Source: Haliotis rubra (lineage: Eukaryota). Taken from it: a stretch of 64,000 nucleotides of DNA. Below the pieces are notes generated by a model. That model searched no databases, was not told the DNA's origin, and saw only the letters and a program-made list of their open reading frames with translations. The stretch lies in the NCBI RefSeq assembly GCF_003918875.1, contig NW_025767603.1:186001-250000 (forward strand), given 5' to 3'. Below, piece by piece: positions 14,468 through 26,103 of this stretch (position 1 is the first letter of the stretch; every line of letters starts with the position of its first letter). A program made the translations under genes and the position numbers.

Positions 14468-15012
14468 CAGTGGAAACTTGATAAGTAAAATTTCAAGGGA
14501 CTCGCCAAAATTGTTTACTTATCAGGTATTTCTTCTTTGAGTGGCATTTTAGAAGTTGGGAAGTACAATACAGAACACACTTTATGGATAACAACTTATC
14601 CATAAAGTTGTTATCCATAAAGTGTGTTCTATATTATCAGGTATTTTACTTATCCAAGCTTATAAAAACCTGCAAATGACAACCATGTGCATGTATATGT
14701 ATACAGCAGAATAACAGACAACGTTTGTAAGTAATATGAATATTGGATAAAGTCACTGACATTTACTAATTGGTCTACTCACTGATACTCGCAAGCTACA
14801 TAAAACAATGAACAACTTATCAGGGCTGGCCTCCAGTTGTCAGTGTATTGTCAACTGCTTGACGCCAGCGAGCTGTAAGTAGGATGTTTGTTTGACTAGA
14901 GACTGACACGACTGCCCCTCATGTCGGATTATGTGGTGATCGCTAATTTAGTTATCCAGTCTCTTTTGTTAAGTAATTTACTTCCAGGGATCGTGAGAAA
15001 ACGTTTAGTTAA
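14468..15012 (+). mobile_element. Tc1/pogo-like MITE fragment, copy 2, broken at a TTAA
   Basis: Matches copy 1 up to acgtttagTTAA, then switches to unrelated AGGTCACATGC. Carries an internal palindromic insert. Confidence 0.7.
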
Positions 15013-15519
15013 AGGTCACATGCAACGTAAAACACAACTTTGCAGATTCTGATACCTTTCTGTATGGACTTACCGAAACAAATCGTCAAAAATGCAAATT
15101 CAAGTTATAAAGTTGAAAAATAACGCCATGAAAAAACCCGCGCGAAATCGGAGTTCAAACGTTTCACTAATTTTCCCCCGACTTTTCTGGAGAAAACTGG
15201 TTTCAACATCTGGGCTGCGCTCATAGCATGTGCGCAGTGAAATAGGTTCGCGCAACTTGGAAGCGGGCTGTCCGGTGAATACTCGGTGAAGGCTTTGGTG
15301 TGAGCTCACAGGCGCGAGCTTTTTATATGTTATGACAGTAAATTAACTGTTTATATAATTTCATTTGTCTATTTCACCACACGTTCTTCTTACCGAGTCA
15401 CTTTCTCAGTTCGATACTTAAAAGTCCCCCAGTACTCTCCAAAAGCGCACTGAGCATATGACAACATAGCCTATGGCGCTATTTATAAACCCATATATAT
15501 ATAAATATATATATAAGTG

Positions 15520-17613
15520 CTCGGGTCGGCGGTTCGAGTTTGAACCCCGATCCTGAAACACCTGGGAGTAGCCTGACAATGCAGGGTTCCCCTGGTGTAC
15601 ACGGGTAGACCTCGGTGCATCGAGGTGATCGGTAGCTCCGTCACACTCAACGGCCTCTTGGCCAGGGCGTCGATAGACATCAGGCCAAGACCTGAGCTAA
15701 CAGCGCCGGGGATCTGCTCCATATGGGGGGCCAAAGCCCAGGTCGGCGCTTGTCCGATCCCCAGTCCCGAGACACATGGGAGTAGCCTGGCAATGCAGGC
15801 TTCCCCTGGTGTACACAGGTAGACCTCTGAGCGTCGAGGTGATCGGCAGCTCGGTAGCTCTGTCACACTCAACAGCCTCCTGGCCTAGACATCAGGCCGA
15901 GACCTGAGCTATTGGCGCCCGGGATCTGCGCCGTACCAGGGCCGAAGCCCGGGTCGGTGCTAGTCCCCAGGTTCAGAGAGTCCGAACCCTGGTCCCGAGA
16001 CACATGGGTGTAGCCTGGCAATGCAGGCTTCCCCTGGTGTACACGGGTAGACCTAGGAGCGTCGAGGTGATCGGCAGCTCTGTCACACTCAACAGCCTCC
16101 TGGCCTGGGCGTCGATAGACATCAGGCCGAGGCCTGAGCTACCGGGGACGGGGATCAATGCCGTACCGGGGCCGAAGTCCGGGTCGGTGGTAGTCCCCAG
16201 GTTCAGAACGTCCCCGGAGCTGAAGCTCGTCCCCGGGAGGTCGGACCCTTCCCGGAGCCAGAGCTCGGGTCGGGACCTCCCCCAATTGATGCGCCGGTGC
16301 AACCTCTACCCGTAGACCGGGTACCAATCTCCTTTCGGAGTCTGGAAACCACATCTGAGATAAGAGCGTGCACCGACGATCTCCCGCTGCTGCTATAAGT
16401 AAGAAAGCAATCGTTAGTGTAGCAACATTGTTTGTGGGGGAGGCGTAGGCGGGGGGACGATAAAGGGATTTCCTTAGAAGCCTTTCATCAAAAATTATCT
16501 CCCGCCTGAAGCAGATTAGTGAAAAACATAAAATCTGCATGCTTGAAAGAATGCGCATGAGGAGCAGAAACCCAGGCAAAAGACACAACCTCGGCCACTA
16601 TGAGCCACATGGTGTGTAAACGTATGAAATGTGTATATGTGTAACATAACGCAACATAATGTAACAGAATATTGACGCAAGGGTGCTTATTATGAACATC
16701 CTTGAGCGTCGTGAGTGTCCTCGGCTAAACACCGTCCTGTGGTGGCAGTGTGCATGGCACAACGCACAGGGCTTAAACTGCAACAAACAGAACCATGCCA
16801 GTGTTATTAGCAGGAACTGTGACGCAGCAAACATATAAGTAAATAGCAATAAATAAAACGCACAGGTGATATTTAAATGCTACAAGCTACAGCCATTTAA
16901 ATACTAAACATACAATGCAAAGCAGAAAAAAAGGCTAGCCGCACCTGCGTGTACATACTAGCAGGGAGACTATATAACTATATGTTGTAGATTATCCCTG
17001 ATACTATAGTGAGTAAAGTTGAGTGATACAAAACGAACACTATCAAAAAATTATCAACAACGACTTACCACCAAATTCGCTGAAAAGAGAGAATTTAGGC
17101 AAGCCTACCATATATGCAAACATAATATATGAACTCCCTACTACAAGCTCCAAGATCTAGCAGGAAACCACGATCGCGCGGTCCGCCATTTTGCCTGCCA
17201 CAAGGCTGGAAAACAGAGAACCCACGGCAAAGTTACAACAAAAGATGAATGAGAATATCAACATATGAAGTCCATCTAACGCCCGTGCGTAAAGAAAGGA
17301 ACCATACATACAGATTGAGACTCTCTTACACTCATTGTATCGGTAGGAGAGCAAACTCGAAACGAACACCACGCACGTCTATTCAACAGAACGACAGCAT
17401 GAAAAGTTAGGTACGAGGTAGACGGCGACAGTTACCTGCTCTTGGCTTTAGGGGGTCTGTTGGGGCCCTGTAGGGGTGGTCTCACAAGACAAAACGAGTT
17501 TTTTTGTTTTGTAAATATTTTATTGCAAAATATAGTTACAACTGTCGTAGGATTTAAAATGCATATTTAAATGCTTATATGTACCCCAAGGAGGACTTCT
17601 TCTGAAAAAGAAT
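15520..17613 (-). mobile_element. Truncated DIRS relative (ITR plus 5' part of ORF1)
   Basis: 17150-17613 is homologous to the ITR of the 39.8-kb element and shares its terminus attctttttcagaagaagtcc. The zinc-finger start QFKPCALC at ~16780 matches QFHPCVAC. About 3 internal ~200-240-bp duplications at 15540-16200. Confidence 0.85.
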
Positions 17614-17682
17614 GCTATATATGATGTTTAGCTGTCTGAATGTACTATAAATTTGTATCCTTGATGAGTGTTTCTGTTCCAG

Positions 17683-17869
17683 TTGGACTATAGTTCCTTG
17701 ACAGAAGAGAACTTTTGTGACTTCCTGGAGGACCACTTCAATGACCTCATTCGCTCCGTCTCTCCTCCGGTGTTCTTTGGCCAGCTGCGCAGTGCTCGCG
17801 TCCTCAGTGAAAGTGACTGTGATGAAATTAATAATTTCTACTGTAACCCAACACGAAGATCTCGTGCAA
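17683..17869 (+). CDS. CARD9/CARD11-like CARD-coiled-coil protein, CARD exon A
   Basis: tttctgttccag|TTG ... GCA A|gtgagt. Encodes LDYSSLTEENFCDFLEDHFNDLIRSVSPPVFFGQLRSARVLSESDCDEINNFYCNPTRRSRA, a CARD helix 1-4 pattern (LR..RVLS..D.DEI). Confidence 0.88.
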
Positions 17870-17887
17870 GTGAGTGGCACATATTAA

Positions 17888-18160
17888 TTATCCCCCACAA
17901 CGCGTTTTGCGGGGGGTATTAAAATGGAGTGCGTGCATGCGTCCGTCCGTCCGTGCACATTTGTCTTTTCCGGAGCAGAACTCTAAAACTGTTTCTTCAC
18001 CAAACTTGGCACATATATAGATCTGGTGGTGTACTGGTGCCTTTTGCTAGTTTGGGATTTCTGAATAAAATATTTTTGGCATTTCCATGGCAACAAGTTT
18101 GACTTAGACTGAAATTGGTGATAGTGTTCCTTTCTGGAGCAGAACTTTAAAAACCTTTCA
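17888..18160 (+). mobile_element. HINE-like element, truncated
   Basis: ttatcccc...ggggggtat stem, (GTCC)n, ccggagca/ccaaacttgg/ttccatgg unit shared with 8830-9702. A related fragment lies at ~26375-26620. Confidence 0.65.
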
Positions 18161-18389
18161 AGACTCTCCTTCCACTGTTCTATATACACACCTAAATATT
18201 AACTCGTAGACATAATCATGAAGAGTATTTTGCCATTGTGGGGATATTGATGACTCTGTCTTCTTGTTTTTCTTCATTCTGTGTATCATAAACAGCATCA
18301 ACCTCTCTTGCAACAAATATAGTTCAGTAACACTTGATTTCACTGATATTAGTTTGTTATTTTAATATCATTCTCCATCAATAATTAAT

Positions 18390-18635
18390 GAGTGAGTGAG
18401 TGAGTTTAGTTTTACGCCGCACTCAGCAATATTCCAGCTATATGGTGGCAATCTGTAAATAATCGAGTCTGGACCAGACAATCCAGTCATCAACAGCATG
18501 AGCATCGATCTGTGCAATTGGGAACCGATGACATATGTCAACCAAGTCAGCGAGCCTGACCACCTGATCCCGTTCGTCGCCTCATACGACAAGCATGGGT
18601 TACTGAAGGCACATTCTAACCTGGACCTTCATGGG
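18390..18635 (-). mobile_element. SINE-like element, family A
   Basis: TSD caataattaat, (GAGT)n tail, homologous to the other copies. Confidence 0.88.
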
Positions 18636-18845
18636 TAGCAATAATTAATAATACCATTTAGCTATGCTTCATTTCACTGATATTAGTCAATAATTACTGA
18701 TATCATTCAGTAGTGCTTGATTTCATATTAATCTGTTATTTGAATAACATTCTCTGTCAACAATCACAGATATCATTCAGTAATGCTTGATGACACTGAT
18801 ATCAGTTTATGCTTGGTACTCACCATGGCTGTTTGCTTGCTTCAG

Positions 18846-18974
18846 GAACTTTCCTCAATATACTGCTGACAAAGGGACTAGATGGGTTCAAGCAGTTTAT
18901 GGAGTGTTTGGAATATGAGTACCCGCATGTGTTCCAGAAGATCACAAACAGAATTGCTAAATCACCCCCCTCAG
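18846..18974 (+). CDS. CARD-CC protein, CARD exon B
   Basis: ttgcttcag|GA ... TCA G|gtgagt, phase 1-1. RTFLNILLTKGLDGFKQFMECLEYEYPHVFQKITNR closely parallels the recalled CARD11 segment [36 protein letters not shown]. Confidence 0.9.
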
Positions 18975-19209
18975 GTGAGTCAGTTCTGTCTTGTCATACG
19001 TCAACTGGGTCCCTAGCTCTCCCCCTCCACCAACCTCTCCCAACCCAACACACCCTCATCTCACCTCTTTCATTGCAAGTAGTATAAGATAACTCACAGT
19101 CATGGATGACAGAGTTTGGGCACAAGGGTTTGCTTAGATATTTTGAGTTTAACATTGGTTCAAGTTTAGCTGAAAATCCGGGCAGGGAGTGTAAGGCTGG
19201 GCACAGGGT

Positions 19210-21960
19210 CCATGGATGGCTGAGGGTGGGTGCCTAGCGTATGGATGATGGAGGGTGGGTGCCTAGCGTATGGATGATGGAGGGTGGGTGACTAGCGTAT
19301 GGATGATGGAGGGTGGGTGCCTAGTGTATGGATGATGGAGGGTGGGTGCCTAGCGTATGGATGATGGAGGGTGGGTGCCTAGCGTGATGGTATGGATGAT
19401 GGAGGGTGGGTGCCTAGCGTATGGATGATGGAGGGTGGATGCCTAGCGTATGGATGATGGAGGGTGGGTGAAGAGTCTGGTGCTGGGTGAGTGTGGGTGC
19501 CCAGCATATTGATGATTTAGGGTGGGTGAATGGTCTGGTGCTGGGTGAGGGTGGGTGCCCAGCATATTGATGATTGAGGGTGGGTGAAAGGGTCTGGTTA
19601 TGGGTGAGGGTGGGTGCCTAGTGTATGGATGATTGAGGGTGGACAAAGGGTCAGTGCATGGGTGAGGGTGGGTGCCCAGCATATTGATGATTGAGGGTGG
19701 GTGAAGGGTCTGGTTATGGGTGAGGGTGGGTGCCTAGTGTATGGATGATTGAGGGTGGACAAAGGGTCAGTGCATGGGTGAGGGTGGGTGACTAGCAAAT
19801 GGATGATTGAGGGTGGGTGAAGGGTCTGGTTATGGGTGAGGGTGGGTGCCCAGCATATTGATGATTGAGGGTGGGTGAAGGGTCTGGTTATGGGTGAGGG
19901 TGGGTGCCCAGCATATGGATGATTGAGGGTGGGTGAAGGGTCTGGTGCTAGGTGAGGGTGGGTGCTCAGCATATGGATGATTGAGGATGGGTGAAGGGTC
20001 TGGTGCTGGGTGAGGGTGGGTGCCTAGCATATGGGGGGTTGGTGAAGGGTCTGGTTATGGGTGAGGGTGGGTGCCCAGCATATGGATGATTGAGGGTGGG
20101 TGAAGGGTCTGGTGCTGGGTGAGTGTGGGTGCCCAGCATAAGGATGATTGAGGATGGGTGAAGGGCCTGGTGCTGGGTGAGGGTGGGTGCCCAGCATATG
20201 GATGATTGAGGATGGGTGAAGGGTCTGGTGCTGGGTGAGTGTGGGTGCCCAGCATATGGATGACTGAGGGGGTGGGTGAAGGACCTGGTGCTGGGTGAGT
20301 GTGGGTGCCCAGCATAAGGATGATTGAGGATGGGTGAAGGGTCTGGTGCTGGGTGAGGGTGGGTGCCCAGCATATGGATGATTGAGGGTGGGTGAAGGGT
20401 CTGGTGATGGGTGAGGGTGGGTGCCCAGCATATGGATGATTGAGGGTGGGTGAAGGGTCTGGTGCTGGGTGAGGGTGGGTGGGTCTGGTGCTGGGTGAGG
20501 GTGGGTGCAGCTGCATATGGATGATTGAGGGTGGGTGAAGGGTCTGGTGATGGGTGAGGGTGGGTGCCCAGCATATGGATGACTGAGGTTGGGTGAAGGG
20601 TCTGGTGCTGGGTGAGGGTGGGTGCCCAGCATATGGATGATTGAGGGTGGGTGAAGGGTCTGGTGCTGGGTGAGTGTGGGTGCCCAGCATATGGATGATT
20701 GAGGATGGGTGAAGGGTCTGGTGCTGGGTGAGGGTGGGTGCCCAGCATATGGATGATTGAGGATGGGTGAAGGGTCTGGTGCTGGGTGAGGGTGGGTGCC
20801 CAGCATATGGATGATTGAGGGTGGGTGAAGGGTCTGGTGCTGGGTGAGGGTGGGTGCCCAGCATATGGATGATTGAGGTGGGTGAAGGGTCTGGTGCTGG
20901 GTGAGGGTGGGTGCCCAGCATATGGATGATTGAGGGTGGGTGACCTGGTGCTCACATGCTGAGATGACCTGGTGCTGATGGATGCCAACATTGGATGGGT
21001 GGGTGAAAAGTGCTGGGTGAGGGTGGCTGCCCAGCATATGGTGAGGGTGGGTGCCCAGCATATGGATGATTGAGGTGGGTGCCCAGGGATGAAGGTGGGT
21101 CTGGTGCTGGGTGGGTGAGAATGATTGAGGGTGGGTGCCCAGCCAACAGGTAAGGTGAAAGGACCTGGTGCTAGGTGAGGAGGGTGGAGTGCCCAACATA
21201 TGGATGATTGAGGGTGGGTGAAGGGTCTGGTGCTGGGTGAGTGTGGGTGCCCAGCATAAGGATGATTGAGGATGGGTGAAAGGACCTGGTGCTGGGTGAG
21301 GTGGGTGCCCATGGATGATTGAGGTGGGTGAAGGGTCTGGTGCTGGGTGAGGATGATTGAGGATGGGTGAAGGGTCTGGTGCTGGGTGAGGTGGGTGCCC
21401 AGCATAAGGATGATTGAGGATGGGTGAAGGGTCTGGTGCTGGGTGAGGGTGGGTGCCCAGCATATGGATGATTGAGGATGGGTGAAGGGTCTGGTGCTGG
21501 GTGAGGGTGGGTGCCCAGCATATGGATGATTGAGGGTGGGTGAAGGGTCTGGTGCTGGGTGAGGGTGGGTGCCCAGCATATGGATGATTGAGGGTGGGTG
21601 AAGGACCTGGTGCTGGGTGAGGGTGGGTGCCCAGCATATGGATGATTGAGGGTGGGTGAAGGGTCTGGTGATGGGTGAGGGTGGGTGCTCAGCATATGGA
21701 TGATTGAGGGTGGGTGAAGAGTCTGCACCGTGAGGGTTGAGGGTGGGTGCCCAGCATATGGATGATTGAGGGTGGGTGAAGGGTCTGCACCATGAGGGTT
21801 GAGGGTGGGTGCCCAGCATGTAGATGATTGAGGGTGGGTGAAGGATCTGCACCGTGAGGGTTGAGGGTGGGTGCCCAGCATATGGATGATTGAGGGTGGG
21901 TGAAGGGTCTGCACCGTGAGGGTTGAGGGTGGGTGCCCAGCATGTAGATGATTGAGGGTT
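19210..21960 (+). repeat. G-rich 29/58-bp minisatellite
   Basis: The 29-mer gagggtgggtgcctagcgtatggatgatg changes into the 58-mer gggtgagggtgggtgcccagcatatggatgattgagggtgggtgaagggtctggtgct. Confidence 0.97.
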
Positions 21961-21964
21961 CTAT

Positions 21965-22230
21965 TAGTGTTTCCCCCAAGATCTAAAAGGGCAGGGTCAC
22001 AGAATTTCAAAATGGGCATGCAATTACAGAATTCCAAGTATTATGTTAAGTTATCCATACCTATGGGATTCTTAAAGACTCAAAGAGCACAGTTATTTCT
22101 TTTTACTGCAACATGAAATAAAAACTAAAAACAACCAAGTGTTAATATCAATTATTGTATTAAAAGAAGGGCAGGGCTCAAATAAAAAGGCAGGGCCTGC
22201 ACCCTGCTAGCAATGCCTAAGGGAAACACA
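21965..22230. mobile_element. hAT-like MITE
   Basis: tagtgtttccc ... gggaaacaca short TIRs with gggcaggg subterminal repeats. Confidence 0.5.
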
Positions 22231-22555
22231 AACTATTGATGGGTGAGTATGGCTGGGGGCATTGAGTATAAATGGTGGTGTGAAGAGAAGGCCAAGGGCT
22301 ATATTTGGAAGAGTCAACTATTCATGGTACAAAGTGCATAGTAATTCCAGAATATTGATGAATCACTATTGGTGGATTCACAGTGTGAGACCATGCCTGA
22401 GTACATTTTCCTGACATTCTACTGTTGACCTTGTAACCGACATTTTGTGTCAACTGGCAAACATAGGAGGAAGTTGTATTCAGCTTTGTTCCTCAAATAT
22501 GTCTCATTTGATGTGTCAGAGGAAGAAGCTACTAAGTTAAGTAATAATCTATTAA

Positions 22556-23968
22556 CCCATTCAACACCGCAGGCCGAATAATCGGCCACAACGTTATGAG
22601 TCCCCAGACACCGGAGGCCGATTAATCGGCCAGGCAGTAGTCACGTCAAAATGAGACATAATTTTAGGAACCTACCTGACTTTTGATTCATATATCAAAT
22701 CTATCACATTTCACAATGTCTGAAAACACTTATTAAATTTCAATTTATCATATATTATCAGCAGAATTAAAATTATAAACTATTTTTCGCAATGTTATTG
22801 AAAACAACGATTCTCGGACACATGCTTCGGCAGCGGGTCCACAATAACATTGTCAAAGAGCAAAGTAACGATGTTTCGAGGAAATTATTAAATAAATTGA
22901 ATAAACTAATGAATAAAATCAACAACAGCATTCATAAAAGTTGTCAAACGTACATATAAAATTACTATTTCCATCTTTTGTGCGATCATGTAATGCAAGT
23001 CAAGTCACTGACAAGTGTCATCTCGGCACTCGCTGCCTCAATCTTCACGCTCGGACACGATGTTTAATGCGAAAATACATACATGAAGCATTTTTGTCAC
23101 AGGTCATAACCTAGCACGATACATCCAATAAGTTCCATAATTTACGTATAGGTAGCGATTTCTTGCTTAATATGTTCAGAATAGCATTATTTTACCCAAA
23201 ACTTTTGCCCAAATCTAAAAGTTTTCGTTTACGAGGACGGTATCCATTGCCGTAATATGATTGGCTGCCTTAGGTCACGTGTCTGATTTTGACCAATCAC
23301 AACCCTTATAGCAGACTGTGGCGAAAAAGCGTCATTAGAAACCAATCTTTATCCAATAAAATCGCTTCTTACAACTGTGAAAATACTCTTGGCAAGGGTA
23401 CAGTGATATTGTTGATGTTCAGAGCTTTTCGAACGATGCCCGACATCAAGCGATTTGCAGCAGCATGTTATTCATCTGAAGCTTCAAAGCGGATGTATTT
23501 CCAGTTGTTATGTTATTTTACCGGCGGAAAGCCACAGATATCGGGAAATAGGCGACCATACATATTGTTTAAGAAATCTTTTTCTAATAATTTTCTGATT
23601 ACGTAAAAATGAAAATATAAAAGAAAAAGGCACGGGGATGTTATGACATGTCACAAATGGAAAAAATCGCCATAGTTTTTGCTCCTTTTGTGGTTTATCT
23701 GGACGTTATAAATGTAAGCTTGCATTTTCATTCAAAAATAAATTTATTTAAGTTGTAGTTGTATTATTTGAATAATATTATAAAAATAAACTTCATATTT
23801 ATCAACAGTAGGATTAGATCTTTTAAATGGTGTATGGGATGTAGTAGCAATAACGTTGTACAAGCTTATAATTTCCTTCATAAACATAGGCTTCATCTAT
23901 GACCTCAGAGTCTCTGGGAACTCGGTGTCATGGCAGTAAATGCCTCTGGTTGACTGGTGTTGAAAGAG
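22556..23968. mobile_element. Non-autonomous piggyBac-type element
   Basis: TTAA|cccattcaacacc ... ggtgttgaaagag|TTAA, i.e. TTAA TSD with imperfect TIRs. No transposase. Confidence 0.75.
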
Positions 23969-24061
23969 TTAATATATATTTCTAACAAACTGGGTTTGGG
24001 TATCTGCTGAAAAAGTAGAACAAATGTGAGATTCTCACTTTTTATGCTATCAAATGCATGT

Positions 24062-25703
24062 GTACCCATGTCTCAGTCCCTTGACTTGAGTACCCATGTC
24101 TCAGTACCTGGAGTTGAGTACCCATGTCTCAGTACCTGGAGTTGAGTACCCATGTCTCAGTACCAGGAGTTGAGTACCCATGTCTCAGTACCAGGAGTTG
24201 AGTACCCATGTCTCAGTACCTAGAGTTGGGTACCCATGTCTCAGTACCAGGAGTTGAGTACCCATGTCTCAGTACCTGGAGTTGAGTACCCATGTCTCAG
24301 TCCCTTGACTTGAGTACCCATGTCTCAGTACCAGGAGTTGAGTACCCATGTCTCAGTACCTGGAGTTGAGTACCCATGTCTCAGTACCTGGAGTTGGGTA
24401 CCCATGTCTCAGTACCAGGAGTTGAGTACCCATGTCTCAGTACCTGGAGTTGAGTACCCATGTCTCAGTACCAGGAGTTGAGTACCATGTCTCAGTACCT
24501 TGAGTTGAGTACCCATGTCTCAGTACCTAGAGTTGAGTACCCATGTCCCAGTACCTGGAGTTGAGTACCCATGTCTCAGTACCAGGAGTTGAGTACCCAT
24601 GTCTCAGTACCAGGAGTTGAGTACCCATGTCTCAGTACCTAGAGTTGGGTACCCATGTCTCAGTACCAGGAGTTGAGTACCCATGTCTCAGTACCAGGAG
24701 TTGAGTACCCATGTCTCAGTACCAGGAGTTGAGTACCCATGTCTCAGTCCCTTGACTTGAGTACCCATGTCTCAGTACCAGGAGTTGAGTACCCATATCC
24801 TAGTACCTGGAGTTGTGTACCCATGTCTCAGTACCAGGAGTTGAGTACCCATGTCTCAGTACCAGGAGTTGAGTTGAGTACCCATGTCTCAGTACCTGGA
24901 GTTGTGTACCCATGTCTCAGTACTTGGAGTTGGGTACCCATGTCTCAGTACCTCGAGTTGAGTACCCATGTCTCAGTACCTGGAGTTGAGTAGTACCCAT
25001 GTCATGTCTCAGTACCAGGAGTTGAGTACCCATGTCTCCATGTGCCTCAGTACTCGAGTTGAGTACCCATGGCTCAGTTCCTGGAGTTGAGTACCCATGT
25101 CTCAGTACCTGGAGATGTCTCAGTTGAGTACCCATGTCCCAGTACCTGGAGTTGAGTACCCATGTCTCAGTACCTGGAGTTGAGTACCCATGTCCCAGTA
25201 CCAGGAGTTGAGTACCCATGTCTCAGTACCTGGAGTTGAGTACCCATGTCTCAGTACCTGGAGTTGAGTACCCATGTCCCAGTACCTGGAGTTGAGTACC
25301 CATGTTTCAGTACCAGGAGTTGAGTACCCATGTCCCAGTACCTGGAGTTGAGTACCCATGTCTCAGTACCTGGAGTTGAGTACCCATGTACCCATGTTTC
25401 AGTACCAGGAGTTGAGTACCCATGTCTCAGTACCTGGAGTTGAGTACCCATGTCTCAGTACCTGGAGTTGAGTACCCATGTTTCAGTACCTGGAGTTGAG
25501 TACCCATGTTTCAGTACCTGGAGTTGAGTACCCATGTCTCAGTACCTGGAGTTGAGTACCCATGTCTCAGTACCTGGAGTTGAGTACCCATGTCTCAGTA
25601 CCTGGAGTTGAGTACCCATGTCTCAGTACCAGGAGTTGAGTACCCATGTCTCAGTACCTGGAGTTGAGTACCCATGTCTCAGTACCTGGTGTTGAGTACC
25701 CAT
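24062..25703. repeat. 28-bp minisatellite
   Basis: (gtacccatgtctcagtacctggagttga)n. Confidence 0.97.
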
Positions 25704-25834
25704 CAGCTACCAGCTTCACTATGCTGCCCTGCACCACTTCTAACTAATTCTGACTTCAAAACTAGAAAAACATTGACTACCTCGAAAAACATTTTTGAAA
25801 AAAAGATTGTGTTCAATAAAATGTGCATACTCAT

Positions 25835-26103
25835 GTCGTTGCATCAGGTCATGAACCCTGAACACTTGTGATGTTGTTGCATCAGGTCATGGACCCTGAA
25901 CACTTGTGATGTTGTTGCATCAGGTCATGGACCCTGAACACTTGTGTTGTGTTGTTGCTTCAGGTCATGGACCCTGCACACTTGTGATGTTGTTGCTTCA
26001 GGTCATGGACCCTGCACACTTGTGATGTTGTTGCTTCAGGTCATGGACCCTGGACACTTGTGATGTTGTTGCTTCAGGTCATGGACCCTGAACACTTGTG
26101 ATG
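25835..26103. repeat. 38-bp minisatellite (~7 copies)
   Basis: (gttgcwtcaggtcatggaccctgaacacttgtgatgtt)n. Confidence 0.95.

Noticed and set aside
14155-14481. 108-aa ORF
   Set aside because: No recognisable motif or convincing splice context, and it ends inside a MITE.
19443-22037. Long His/Pro-rich minus-strand ORFs (up to 628 aa)
   Set aside because: They are translations of the 58-bp satellite, open in all three frames, with no sign of a real gene.
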